Shown here piece by piece: positions 31,224 to 40,740 of a DNA stretch of 64,000 bases. The translations under genes were made by a program, and so were the position numbers. Positions within the stretch are counted from its first letter, which is position 1. Each line of letters begins with the position of its first letter. The DNA comes from a virus. The notes beneath the pieces were generated by a model. It did no database searches, was not told where the DNA came from, and saw only the letters and a program-made list of their open reading frames with translations. The DNA is taken from positions 96,001 through 160,000 of IMG/VR virus record IMGVR_UViG_3300044825_001821; one strand, written 5' to 3'.

Positions 31224-31586
31224 ATGCCATTTGAAATTACAAATACCCTAAGAGGATCGTCGATAGTTCGAGCAGTCGATGCTGGAACATATACGATTAC
31301 TCTTAATAATTTAAGAGCAAATGCAACAACCGAAACTGTTACCGAAGCAGATATTCGCCATCTTAAATGGTCAACGAATGGGCATATTCGTATTGTTAGA
31401 AACAGTATTCCATTGTTAGCATTACATAACGGTGGTAGCATGGATTTTGATGAGTATGGACATACGCTTGCAAATAATAATACACAAAGCATTGTCATTG
31501 AAATTGTGACTGGTGGAACACTTATTCTAGAATTATCAAAAACTGCAACGTACAATGTTGATCCATACACAGGAGTAAGTCTATAA
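31224..31586 (+). CDS. Hypothetical head-region protein
   Basis: 120 aa ORF coupled to gp21. Confidence 0.6.
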   Translation: MPFEITNTLRGSSIVRAVDAGTYTITLNNLRANATTETVTEADIRHLKWSTNGHIRIVRNSIPLLALHNGGSMDFDEYGHTLANNNTQSIVIEIVTGGTLILELSKTATYNVDPYTGVSL

Positions 31587-32236
31587 TGAAACTCATTAAA
31601 GAACATATTGAAAATGTAAGATATCTTACCGAAAAAACAGAAGATGGTAAGAAACATTTATACATTGAAGGTACATTTCTAGTTGGCGATACAGTCAATC
31701 GCAACAACCGCATGTACAAAATGGATACTCTCCGCAATGAAGTACAACGATATACAGATGAATATATCAAATCTAATCGTGCGTTAGGAGAACTGGGACA
31801 TCCAGACACACCATCTCTAAATCTAGAACGTGTGTCACACAAGATTACAAGTTTGGTAGAGAACGGCAATACATTTGTTGGTAAAGCACTGATCATGGAA
31901 ACACCATATGGCTTAATTGCTAAGAATCTAATTGAGTCTGGCGTTAATCTGGGTGTATCTTCACGTGCATTAGGTTCTGTCGTTATGACAAAAGAAGGTT
32001 ACAATCTGGTACAAGATGACCTGCGCCTTGCAACTGCTGCTGATATTGTTGCTGACCCTTCTGCTCCTGGCGCTTTTGTCCAGGGTATCATGGAAAATAA
32101 AGAATGGTTATTCGTAGAAGGACGCTTTGTTGAATCTGATATTAGCTATGCTAAACAACAAATTCGCAAAGCATCACGCAGAGATATTGAAACAGTTGGA
32201 TTACAACTTTTCGAAAACTTCCTACGAAAACTTTAA
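31586..32236 (+). CDS. gp21: Prohead protease gp21
   Basis: NRNNRMY, ALGELGHP, GVSSRALGS, DIVADPSAPGAFV. Confidence 0.95.
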   Translation: MKLIKEHIENVRYLTEKTEDGKKHLYIEGTFLVGDTVNRNNRMYKMDTLRNEVQRYTDEYIKSNRALGELGHPDTPSLNLERVSHKITSLVENGNTFVGKALIMETPYGLIAKNLIESGVNLGVSSRALGSVVMTKEGYNLVQDDLRLATAADIVADPSAPGAFVQGIMENKEWLFVEGRFVESDISYAKQQIRKASRRDIETVGLQLFENFLRKL

Positions 32237-32240
32237 AATT

Positions 32241-32248
32241 TATAAATA
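32241..32248 (+). promoter_or_regulatory. T4-type late promoter TATAAATA
   Basis: Exact consensus upstream of gp22. Confidence 0.85.
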
Positions 32249-32270
32249 AGAAATCATAAGGAGATATTCA

Positions 32271-33371
32271 ATGGCAACAAACAAACTCATGGAAGCAGCA
32301 GCAGAAATTCTTGCATCAAGCAAGTCATCTGCTCCTGGTATGCCAATGCCTAAATTAACTCAGAATACACCTCCAGGCAATCCTGGAACACCTGAAGATT
32401 TAGGCGGTCCTACACCACAGAACAACAAACCTACTGATGATTCTAACAAGTTATCAAGCAAAGGCAATGCTAAGAGTGCAGCAGCACCTACGACTAAGCC
32501 TTCAGCAGCATCAAGCGATGTTCAACTTGGTGACAAGAACATGAAGTATGGTTCAGGTACAAACATGATGCCTGAAGAAACAGAAGATGAAGAAGGCGAA
32601 TTGGTGCTCGATGATGAGTCAGCAATTGAAGAAATGAAAGCACAAATGAAAGAAGATGTTGCTTCATTGTTTGCCGACGATTCAAACATTTCTGAGGACT
32701 TCAAAGCAAAAGCTGCTACAATTTTTGAAGCACGTGTATTCGACCGTGTTGCTCAAATTCAAGAACAAATGGAAGCAGAATATGCTGGTATGTTAGCCGA
32801 AGCTGTTGAAGAAATCAAAGCAGAACTAACAGAAAAGGTAGATGACTACCTGAACTACGTAGTAGAGCAGTGGATGGACGACAATGAAATCGCAATCGAA
32901 AGCGGTCTGCGTTCAGAAATCACAGAAGATTTTATTGCTGGTCTACGCAATCTGTTTGCTGAAAACTACATCAACGTTCCAGAAGATAAAGTCGAACTGG
33001 TAGATGAACTTGCATCTAAGGTCGAAGAACTGGAAGTTAAACTGAACGAAGAAATTGAAGCAAATATTCAGTATAAGAAACAACTTACTGAAGCTATTAA
33101 AGTACAACTGGTAAATGAAGTTTGCGAAGGTCTTACAGCAACTCAAGTAGAAAAAATCAAAACACTTGCAGAGAGTGTAGAGTTCTCCACAGAGGAAGAA
33201 TTCGTTGAAAAACTTGAGACAATCCGTGAGAACTACTTCCCATCTGGCGTAAAGAAAGCCGATGCTGCACAACTTCATGAAGAAGTCGAAGATGACGGCA
33301 CTGAAAAGAAAGTTGCCGCTGACCCATATGTCGCTTCGGTTGTACAAGCAATTTCTAAAACAAGAATTTAA
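32271..33371 (+). CDS. gp22: Prohead scaffolding/core protein gp22
   Basis: FKAKAATIFEA, VDDYLNYVVEQW..DNEIAIESGLRSEITEDF. Confidence 0.92.
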   Translation: MATNKLMEAAAEILASSKSSAPGMPMPKLTQNTPPGNPGTPEDLGGPTPQNNKPTDDSNKLSSKGNAKSAAAPTTKPSAASSDVQLGDKNMKYGSGTNMMPEETEDEEGELVLDDESAIEEMKAQMKEDVASLFADDSNISEDFKAKAATIFEARVFDRVAQIQEQMEAEYAGMLAEAVEEIKAELTEKVDDYLNYVVEQWMDDNEIAIESGLRSEITEDFIAGLRNLFAENYINVPEDKVELVDELASKVEELEVKLNEEIEANIQYKKQLTEAIKVQLVNEVCEGLTATQVEKIKTLAESVEFSTEEEFVEKLETIRENYFPSGVKKADAAQLHEEVEDDGTEKKVAADPYVASVVQAISKTRI

Positions 33372-33395
33372 ATAAAAACAAAAGGAGATACAAAG

Positions 33396-34739
33396 ATGTA
33401 TTTGTCTGAAAATCTACAAAGCAAATGGGAAAGCGTTCTGGATCATCCAGATATGCCTAAGATTGCTGACCCATACCGTAAAGCGGTAACAGCAGTTATT
33501 CTTGAGAATCAAGCTCAAGAAATGATCAAAGAATCTGGTATTCTACAAGAAACAGGTTCACCAACTAACTTTGCTGGTACAGGTGGTTTCGGTGGCGGTG
33601 CTGCTGCTGCTGGTCCTGTTGCTGGTTTCGACCCAATTCTAATCAGCTTAGTTCGTCGTTCATTACCTAATCTGATTGCGTATGACGTTTGCGGCGTTCA
33701 GCCAATGACAGGTCCTACAGGTCTGATTTTTGCGATGCGTACAAAATACTCATCACAAGGCGGTACAGAAGCATTCTACAACGAAGCTAACACAGCATTC
33801 TCTGGTGCTAACGGCGCCATCGTTGCTTCTTCAATGAGCATTTCTGGTAACACAACAGATTATCTGTTTACAGGTAACGCTGCTCCTACTGGTGCAATGT
33901 CAACTGGTTCTGCTGAAGCACTAGGTGATGGCGCTGCTGGTAACACATTCCAAGAGATGGCATTCTCAATTGAGAAAGTTACTGTAACAGCACGTACACG
34001 TGCTCTGAAAGCAGAATACTCAATGGAACTTGCACAAGACTTGAAAGCAGTTCATGGTCTTGACGCAGAAACAGAACTGGCTAACATTCTGTCCGCTGAA
34101 ATTCTTGCTGAAATCAACCGTGAAGTTATCCGTACAATCTACAAGATTGCTAAGCCAGGTTGCCAAGCAGGTACAACAACCAAAGGTGCATTTAACCTAG
34201 ACACAGATTCAAACGGTCGTTGGATGGTTGAAAAGATTAAAGGTCTGGCATTCCAGATTGAGCGTGAAGCAAACCAAATTGCTAAGACAACTCGTCGTGG
34301 TAAAGGTAACATCGTTATCTGTTCTTCAGACGTAGCATCTGCTCTTGCAATGGCTGGTATTCTTGACTACAACTCAGCACTTGCAGGTCAAGTATCACTG
34401 ACAGTTGACGATACAGGTAATACATTTGCTGGTACAATCTTCGGTCGTATCAAAGTCTACATCGATCCATACTTCCCAACAGGCTCAACATCTGAGTTTG
34501 CGGTTGTAGGTTACAAGGGTACAAACGCATACGATGCTGGTATGTTCTACTGCCCATACGTTCCTCTACAAATGGTTCGTGCAGTTGACACTGGTACTTT
34601 CCAGCCAAAGATCGGCTTCAAGACTCGTTACGGTCTAGTAGCAAATCCATTTGCAGAAGGTACAGATCAAGGTCTTGGTGCTTTGACATCTCAGTCAAAC
34701 AACTACTACCGTGGTTTCCGTATTGCAAACCTGATGTAA
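33396..34739 (+). CDS. gp23: Major capsid protein gp23
   Basis: GVQPMTGPTGLIFAMR, RALKAEYSMELAQDLKAVHGLDAE, FQPKIGFKTRYG. Confidence 0.98.
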   Translation: MYLSENLQSKWESVLDHPDMPKIADPYRKAVTAVILENQAQEMIKESGILQETGSPTNFAGTGGFGGGAAAAGPVAGFDPILISLVRRSLPNLIAYDVCGVQPMTGPTGLIFAMRTKYSSQGGTEAFYNEANTAFSGANGAIVASSMSISGNTTDYLFTGNAAPTGAMSTGSAEALGDGAAGNTFQEMAFSIEKVTVTARTRALKAEYSMELAQDLKAVHGLDAETELANILSAEILAEINREVIRTIYKIAKPGCQAGTTTKGAFNLDTDSNGRWMVEKIKGLAFQIEREANQIAKTTRRGKGNIVICSSDVASALAMAGILDYNSALAGQVSLTVDDTGNTFAGTIFGRIKVYIDPYFPTGSTSEFAVVGYKGTNAYDAGMFYCPYVPLQMVRAVDTGTFQPKIGFKTRYGLVANPFAEGTDQGLGALTSQSNNYYRGFRIANLM

Positions 34740-34766
34740 TTAAATAACCACCGTAGAGTGGGATTT

Positions 34767-34796
34767 AGAGAGGCACCTTCGGGTGCCTCTTTTTTT
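34767..34796 (+). terminator. Rho-independent terminator after gp23
   Basis: agaggcacc-TTCG-ggtgcctct plus T6. Confidence 0.92.
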
Positions 34797-34801
34797 ACGT
34801 A

Positions 34802-34809
34802 TATAAATA
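34802..34809 (+). promoter_or_regulatory. T4-type late promoter TATAAATA
   Basis: Exact consensus immediately upstream of gp3. Confidence 0.8.
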
Positions 34810-34814
34810 GAGAT

Positions 34815-35354
34815 ATGACAGCCTTAAATAGAAATCCAATTAATCCAAATAGTTTACAGCCGAATAAGTTCACGCTGAACTTTTCACGTGCGCCCAATCT
34901 ACAATACTTTTGTCAGACCATTTCATTACCTGGCATTTCTACTTCTGAGATTCCGGTACAAAATCCATTTGTTGAATTGTATGCACCAGGTGAAAAGGCA
35001 ATTTATGATGTGCTTAACATTACCTTTATTGTTGATGCTGAGATGTTGTCATGGTTAGAAATACACGATTGGCTACGTGCTCTTACATTCCCTACCGAGT
35101 ATGAAGAGTATCAAAATCTGAGTAAATTATCTCAGTTCAATTCAGCGACTCTCTCAAAATCTCCTCAATATTCTGATGCTGCGGTAACACTTTTATCGGC
35201 ATCAAATAAACCATATTATCGATTTAATTTCAAAGATTTATTTCCAATCTCACTATCTGGTTTTGTCGTATCTTCAACCGACACACCAGACACAATTGTT
35301 ACGGCAGACGCTACGTTTAGGTTTACCTATTACAACGTAGAAAAATTATTCTAA
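34815..35354 (+). CDS. gp3: Tail completion/tube terminator protein gp3
   Basis: YFCQTISLPGI, WLEIHDWL, FKDLFPISLSG. Start moved to the ATG after the terminator/promoter. Confidence 0.85.
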   Translation: MTALNRNPINPNSLQPNKFTLNFSRAPNLQYFCQTISLPGISTSEIPVQNPFVELYAPGEKAIYDVLNITFIVDAEMLSWLEIHDWLRALTFPTEYEEYQNLSKLSQFNSATLSKSPQYSDAAVTLLSASNKPYYRFNFKDLFPISLSGFVVSSTDTPDTIVTADATFRFTYYNVEKLF

Positions 35355-35357
35355 ATG

Positions 35358-35382
35358 TGATATACTCCTAATAGGAGGTATA
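35358..35382 (+). promoter_or_regulatory. Extended -10 promoter (TGaTATACT) overlapping an SD-sequestering hairpin before uvsY
   Basis: TG-n-TATACT at 35358-35366; inverted repeat tatactcct/aggaggtata. Confidence 0.55.
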
Positions 35383-35384
35383 AT

Positions 35385-35819
35385 ATGAACAAACTTGATG
35401 AAGTATTACAGATGTGGACTGCCGATTCTAATATTGACCGCACCGAACCAGGTAAGGCACTGATCGACATTCCAAAATTACATTCCAAATATTTGAATAT
35501 TCTATCGTCACATCGTATGTTAGCACGTGAAGCAGAATTTCAATACAACAAATGGCGTAAGTTAAAATGGGAATACTATACAGGTAGATTAGATGAAGAT
35601 GATCTAGCAAAATATGGGTGGCAACCATTTCCTTATACTCTCAAATCAGAGATCAATACATACTTAGAATCAGATGAAGATATCAACAAATATCTTGCAC
35701 GTAAAATGTTGCACGATGAAGTTGTGGAAGTTTGTCAAGCAATATTAAAAGAGTTAAACAATAGAACATGGGAACTACGTTCCTTCATTGATTGGGAAAA
35801 ATTTATACAAGGTGTTTAA
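35385..35819 (+). CDS. uvsY: Recombination mediator UvsY
   Basis: IPKLHSKYL, KWEYYTG, RTWELRSFIDWEKF; synteny with uvsW. Confidence 0.9.
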   Translation: MNKLDEVLQMWTADSNIDRTEPGKALIDIPKLHSKYLNILSSHRMLAREAEFQYNKWRKLKWEYYTGRLDEDDLAKYGWQPFPYTLKSEINTYLESDEDINKYLARKMLHDEVVEVCQAILKELNNRTWELRSFIDWEKFIQGV

Positions 35820-36244
35820 TGAGAATCGATCCAAGTAAAGATTTAATTGAGCATCACAGTAAAGAGTATCCAATGGAAGTTGGTGCACCCGTCTTTGCTC
35901 CTGTTGCAGTCAAAGAAGAAAAAGATAGAAGTTTAAACGTTGCAAAGCTTCATGCTAAACAAGAGTATGAACGTATTATGGAACAGGTCAATGTTCTTAA
36001 AGAACAAGCCGAATCTTTAATGCGTCGATTAGATGTTACACACATCGTTCATTCTACTGAGTGTACTTTCAGTCCTTTGTTTACAAGAGTATACTATATC
36101 TATAATAACAAATACAAAGAAAAAAATCAAATGATGATGTTGGGTCCTCATGAGTGGAGTTCTGGTACACCAGATCATCTTGAATTTATAGTTGCTGTTC
36201 GAAAGAAAGGTGACAGCACTTGGGAAGAAGTGGTAAATGACTGA
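35819..36244 (+). CDS. Conserved hypothetical (DUF2452-like)
   Basis: YPMEVGAPVF.P...GPHEW...DSTWE. Start at the coupled ATG 35819. Confidence 0.6.
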   Translation: MRIDPSKDLIEHHSKEYPMEVGAPVFAPVAVKEEKDRSLNVAKLHAKQEYERIMEQVNVLKEQAESLMRRLDVTHIVHSTECTFSPLFTRVYYIYNNKYKEKNQMMMLGPHEWSSGTPDHLEFIVAVRKKGDSTWEEVVND

Positions 36245-37718
36245 CCTTGTTCTTTACAAACAAAATGAAGCCTTCATTAAGTTTGATTGTGAAAAAAGTA
36301 TTGCACAAGAACTTGCTGACTACTTTACATTCTTCGTACCAGGTTATCAGTTCATGCCTGCGTACAAGAATAAACTTTGGGACGGTAAGATAAGACTTGC
36401 TGATCTTCGATCTTACACAATCTATCATGGTCTTGTACCTTACATTGAAAAGTTTTGTGAAGAACGGGGTTATAAACTTGAAGTTGATTCACCAGTAAAC
36501 AACACAGAGAGTTTCTCAGCAATAGAGGCTAATGAGTTTCTACAGCAACTTTATCTGGACAAAAGCATTATAACAGATGGCATTAGAGAATATCAATACA
36601 AAGCCTTCTTATTTGCCGTTCGAAACAGGCGAATGTTATTGTTGTCACCCACAGGCTCAGGCAAGTCTTTAATACAATATCTTATACTAAGATACTTACA
36701 ACACAAAGGTTATAAGAAAGGATTACTAATTGTTCCTACAACTTCTCTTGTTGAGCAAATGTATGCTGATTTTGTATCATATGGCTACGATGCCGCAAAC
36801 AATGCCCATCGACAGTATTCGGGAAAAGACAAGCATACAAATAAATTTCTAACCATTACCACGTGGCAATCTATCTACAAAAATCCACCAGAATACTTTG
36901 AGCAGTTTGATTTTGTTTTAGGTGATGAAGCACATCAGTTCAAAGCAAAGTCATTGACTACCATCATGACTGGTCTGAAGAATGCAAAGTATAGAATAGG
37001 TTGCACAGGTACAATTGATGGTACACAAACACATAAGCTGGTATTGGAAGGTTTGTTTGGACCGTTATATCAATCTACTACCACAGCCAAGCTGATTGAA
37101 AACAAACAACTGGCAGACTTTCGTATCAAGTGTTTGGTATTGAAATATTCAGAAGAAGTATGTAAACTATCTAGAGGCTGGGACTATCAAACCGAGATAG
37201 ACTACATAGTCAGTAGTAAAGCAAGAAATGAATTCATTCGTAATCTGGCGTTGTCATTAGAGGGCAACTCACTTATATTATTTAATTTGGTAGAAAAACA
37301 TGGTAAACATCTCCACAAACTCATTGAAGAAAAGGCTGGTAATAGGCATGTTTTTTTTGTGTATGGTGGAACAGATGTTGAAGTCCGTGAACAAGTTCGT
37401 GAGATAACAGAGAAGCAAAATGATGCGATTATTGTTGCTTCTTATGGTACATTCAGCACTGGTATTAACATTCGTAATCTCCACAATGTTGTCTTTGCAT
37501 CACCATCTAAGTCTAGGGTACGTAATCTACAATCAATCGGTAGAGGTTTGCGAATTGGTGATAACAAAACCGAAGCAGTTCTTTATGACATAGCAGATGA
37601 TTTCCGTATAGGTAAACATGTCAACTATACGTTGCAACACTTGCAAGAACGTGTTAAAATATACGATGACGAAAAGTTTAAATACAAATTCTACAATATA
37701 GAGGTCAAGAATGCATAA
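36237..37718 (+). CDS. uvsW: DNA helicase UvsW (SF2)
   Basis: SPTGSGKS, DEAH, TGT, FSTGINI, QSIGRGLR. Confidence 0.95.
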   Translation: MTDLVLYKQNEAFIKFDCEKSIAQELADYFTFFVPGYQFMPAYKNKLWDGKIRLADLRSYTIYHGLVPYIEKFCEERGYKLEVDSPVNNTESFSAIEANEFLQQLYLDKSIITDGIREYQYKAFLFAVRNRRMLLLSPTGSGKSLIQYLILRYLQHKGYKKGLLIVPTTSLVEQMYADFVSYGYDAANNAHRQYSGKDKHTNKFLTITTWQSIYKNPPEYFEQFDFVLGDEAHQFKAKSLTTIMTGLKNAKYRIGCTGTIDGTQTHKLVLEGLFGPLYQSTTTAKLIENKQLADFRIKCLVLKYSEEVCKLSRGWDYQTEIDYIVSSKARNEFIRNLALSLEGNSLILFNLVEKHGKHLHKLIEEKAGNRHVFFVYGGTDVEVREQVREITEKQNDAIIVASYGTFSTGINIRNLHNVVFASPSKSRVRNLQSIGRGLRIGDNKTEAVLYDIADDFRIGKHVNYTLQHLQERVKIYDDEKFKYKFYNIEVKNA

Positions 37719-38121
37719 CGTAAAACTTATAAGAATGCAGACTGGTGAAGATATTATGGCTTCTATGTTTGAGCAGGAAGATTCAGAACAGATACAACTC
37801 AATGATCCGATGCGTTTAGTGTTTCGTCGTATGCCCACAGGCCAAACTGTTATGATGATGATGCCATGGCTGCCAGTTGAATTGATCAAAGAAAACTCTG
37901 CCCTAATATATTCTTCCGATATCGTCACAGTTATTGAACCAAAAGAAGCAATGATAAGATACTATGATAAACTTGTTGAGCGTACATTAGAAGAGATGGC
38001 AGACTCAGATAAAATACTTGACAGTTTATTAGACGAGCAAGAAGAGGAAGAAGAAGTAAACGAATTGCCTGAGCAGCTAATAGAATTTTTAAAAGACACC
38101 AACACTAAAAAATTACACTGA
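37711..38121 (+). CDS. Conserved T4-like hypothetical (Sm-like fold predicted) after uvsW
   Basis: VKLIRMQTGEDIMA...PWLP motif; acidic tail. Confidence 0.65.
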   Translation: MHNVKLIRMQTGEDIMASMFEQEDSEQIQLNDPMRLVFRRMPTGQTVMMMMPWLPVELIKENSALIYSSDIVTVIEPKEAMIRYYDKLVERTLEEMADSDKILDSLLDEQEEEEEVNELPEQLIEFLKDTNTKKLH

Positions 38122-38909
38122 TGAATCTTTTTTTATATCAAGCGTATTACGAAAAAGCACAAATGAAACACTTGGATTCAGTTTGTGTTCCTTACGACAA
38201 TACAGCAAATTTAACACCAGAACTAAGAGAATATCCTTTTGTAAAAAATCTATATGAGATTCATGCAAAGAATGAAGATGATCATTGGGGTTTACTCTCA
38301 TGGAGATGGTACGATAAAACTAAACTTGAAATGAAGGAATTTAAAGAATGGATACTAGCCAATCCAGGCTATGATGTATATCATCTTGATCCATTCTTAG
38401 ATGTTGCTTCAACTCATATGAATCTATGGGTTCAAGGTGACATATGGCATCCTGGAATGATAGATTTTGGTAACAAATTGCTACCTAAAATGGGTTTGAA
38501 TTTTGATCTGAGAGAACTACTGTATCATCCTGATGATTTTGCTACATGCAACTATCATGTAGGAAACAAAAAGTTTTGGAAAAGCTACATCAGTTTTATA
38601 GATCATTGTTTAAATTTGATTGAGAATGATGAAGAACTCAAAGAATTTATGTATGAAAAGAAAAGATTATACAATGGCGCTATGCTTCCAAATTTTAGTT
38701 TTGTAATAGAGAGGTTGTTTAGTATACACAGTATTTGCAATAGACATATAAAGATTAAAAAATTTCCATTTGAAAACGAAAGTTACGAACGATTATTTGG
38801 TAGCAACTACTCTTTATATCTTGATTTGTATAACCAAAGAAAAGAACATTATGAAATGATGTTGAAAAATCATGAGGAAAATTATGATACGAGAGTTGAA
38901 TTGGTATGA
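38121..38909 (+). CDS. Putative glycosyltransferase-related protein (distant DUF4422/GT111-like)
   Basis: LREY...WGLLSWR...CNY.V....W..Y..F...FVIERLFS resembles the DUF4422 pattern; heads the sugar cluster. Confidence 0.45.
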   Translation: MNLFLYQAYYEKAQMKHLDSVCVPYDNTANLTPELREYPFVKNLYEIHAKNEDDHWGLLSWRWYDKTKLEMKEFKEWILANPGYDVYHLDPFLDVASTHMNLWVQGDIWHPGMIDFGNKLLPKMGLNFDLRELLYHPDDFATCNYHVGNKKFWKSYISFIDHCLNLIENDEELKEFMYEKKRLYNGAMLPNFSFVIERLFSIHSICNRHIKIKKFPFENESYERLFGSNYSLYLDLYNQRKEHYEMMLKNHEENYDTRVELV

Positions 38910-39675
38910 AATAAAAGAAAGTTTTCAATCATCAATACCTTTTAATCATGTTGTGATTGACAATTTTTTTATACCTGAAGTAGCAGATAAAATTTCTGAA
39001 GAGTTTCCAGACTTCTACGACTCTTCGTTGAACGATCACCACAGCCCATTGGAAATTAAAAAAACAATGAATCGTTGGGATCGTTTTCCACCAACAACAT
39101 ATAGAGCATTTAGTTTTTTAAATTCACGTAATTTTGTGGAGAGACTATCTCATCTAGTTGATAGAGATGACTTAGTTTCTGACCCAGGCCTTAATGGCGG
39201 TGGTTGGCACATGCATACACGTGGTGGCAATAATAACATACACTTAGACTATAATGTTCATCCCAAACTAAATCTTCAACGCAAACTTAATATTATTGTT
39301 TATCTTACCAAAGATTGGCAGTCAGCATGGAAAGGTGGACTAGAACTTTGGTCACACGATGAAGTACAAAAGGAACCTCTACAAAAAGTTCACACAATAG
39401 AAAACAAATTCAATAGGGCAATTGTTTTTGATACAACACAAAACTCTTGGCATGGGCTTCCAAATAGTATAGAATGTCCATTAGGAGTTGTTCGCAAGTC
39501 TATAGCTGCCTATTATCTTTGTGCTGCCCCTGCTATAACTGAAGAGCGTGGTCGTGCATTGTTTGCTCCTAGAGAAGAACAAAAAAATGATGAGTCGATA
39601 AAAGAACTTATCAAGAAAAGAGCATCCGTGTCACAATCAGCATCAGTGTACAATACAAAACATTCAGAGAAATAA
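38884..39675 (+). CDS. 2OG-Fe(II) oxygenase (prolyl-4-hydroxylase-like)
   Basis: HLD...RKLNIIVYL...GGLELW...SWHG...RKSIA (HxD...H...R.S). Confidence 0.85.
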   Translation: MIRELNWYEIKESFQSSIPFNHVVIDNFFIPEVADKISEEFPDFYDSSLNDHHSPLEIKKTMNRWDRFPPTTYRAFSFLNSRNFVERLSHLVDRDDLVSDPGLNGGGWHMHTRGGNNNIHLDYNVHPKLNLQRKLNIIVYLTKDWQSAWKGGLELWSHDEVQKEPLQKVHTIENKFNRAIVFDTTQNSWHGLPNSIECPLGVVRKSIAAYYLCAAPAITEERGRALFAPREEQKNDESIKELIKKRASVSQSASVYNTKHSEK

Positions 39676-39689
39676 TTGAAAGGTATATA

Positions 39690-40739
39690 ATGTCAAAGCG
39701 TGTTCTTATTACAGGTGGTGCTGGTTTTATCGGCCATCATATCATTGATTTGTTTTTACAAAAAACAGATTGGACAATCGTATCACTTGATCGATTAGAT
39801 TATTCTGGTAATTTAAATCGTTTACATGATGTAGTTCATAGATACCCACCTGATGTTCGTAAAAGAGTTAAGATTGTCTGGCACGATTTAAAGTCTGAGA
39901 TACAAGACCTTACACAAAATCTTATTGGTGATGTCAATATCATTCTTCATTTGGCTGCATCATCACATGTTGATAGATCAATTACTTACCCTATGGAATT
40001 TTTGATGGACAACACTGTAGGCACAGTGAATGTTTTAAATTTCGCACGTAAGCTAAAGAATCTTGAAAGAATGATTTACTTTTCAACTGATGAGATTTTT
40101 GGCATTGCACCTAATGGTGTTGCATATGCAGAACGTGATCGTTACAACTCAACCAATCCTTATTCTGCATCCAAAGCTGCTGCCGAAGAATTTTGTGTAG
40201 CATATGAAAACACATACAAGCTACCTATTTTTATTACACATACAATGAATGTGTTTGGTGAACGTCAACATCCAGAGAAGTTTGTACCCATGAGCATTCG
40301 TAAAGTTCGTGATGGACAAACTATCTACATTCATTCCGATCCTTCTAAAACTGTGCCAGGCTCACGATTCTATATTCACGCCAAAGATGTTGCAGAAGCA
40401 ATGTACTTCTTGTTACATTTGAATGAAGAACAAAACAAAATAATTTACACACCAGACTATGGTGGTGCTAAATGTCCTAAGTTTAATGTTGTAGGTAGAG
40501 AAGAAGTTGACAATCTTCAATTAGTCAAACTTGTTGCTGAAGCACAAAACAAAGAATTGAAATATGAGATGGTTGACTTTCACACTTCAAGACCTGGTCA
40601 TGATTTGCGTTATGCATTATCAGGAGACTTTATGCGTCAGTTAGGATGGGAGCCACAACACTCATTCAAGGATCGTATTAAAGAAGTTGTTGATTGGTCA
40701 ATAGCAAACCCAGAATGGATTGAGTTGAGTGGAGAATAA
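39690..40739 (+). CDS. NDP-glucose 4,6-dehydratase (RmlB-like SDR)
   Basis: GGAGFIG, HLAASSHVDRS, STDE, YSASK, RPGHDLRY. Confidence 0.9.
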   Translation: MSKRVLITGGAGFIGHHIIDLFLQKTDWTIVSLDRLDYSGNLNRLHDVVHRYPPDVRKRVKIVWHDLKSEIQDLTQNLIGDVNIILHLAASSHVDRSITYPMEFLMDNTVGTVNVLNFARKLKNLERMIYFSTDEIFGIAPNGVAYAERDRYNSTNPYSASKAAAEEFCVAYENTYKLPIFITHTMNVFGERQHPEKFVPMSIRKVRDGQTIYIHSDPSKTVPGSRFYIHAKDVAEAMYFLLHLNEEQNKIIYTPDYGGAKCPKFNVVGREEVDNLQLVKLVAEAQNKELKYEMVDFHTSRPGHDLRYALSGDFMRQLGWEPQHSFKDRIKEVVDWSIANPEWIELSGE

Positions 40740-40740
40740 T

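Noticed and set aside
34758-34814. ORF-track 5' extension of gp3 (also the extensions of 54600, 60683, 61928, 41936, 49211)
   Set aside because: The extensions run through terminators, promoters or upstream genes; downstream ATGs fit the RBS or translational coupling better.
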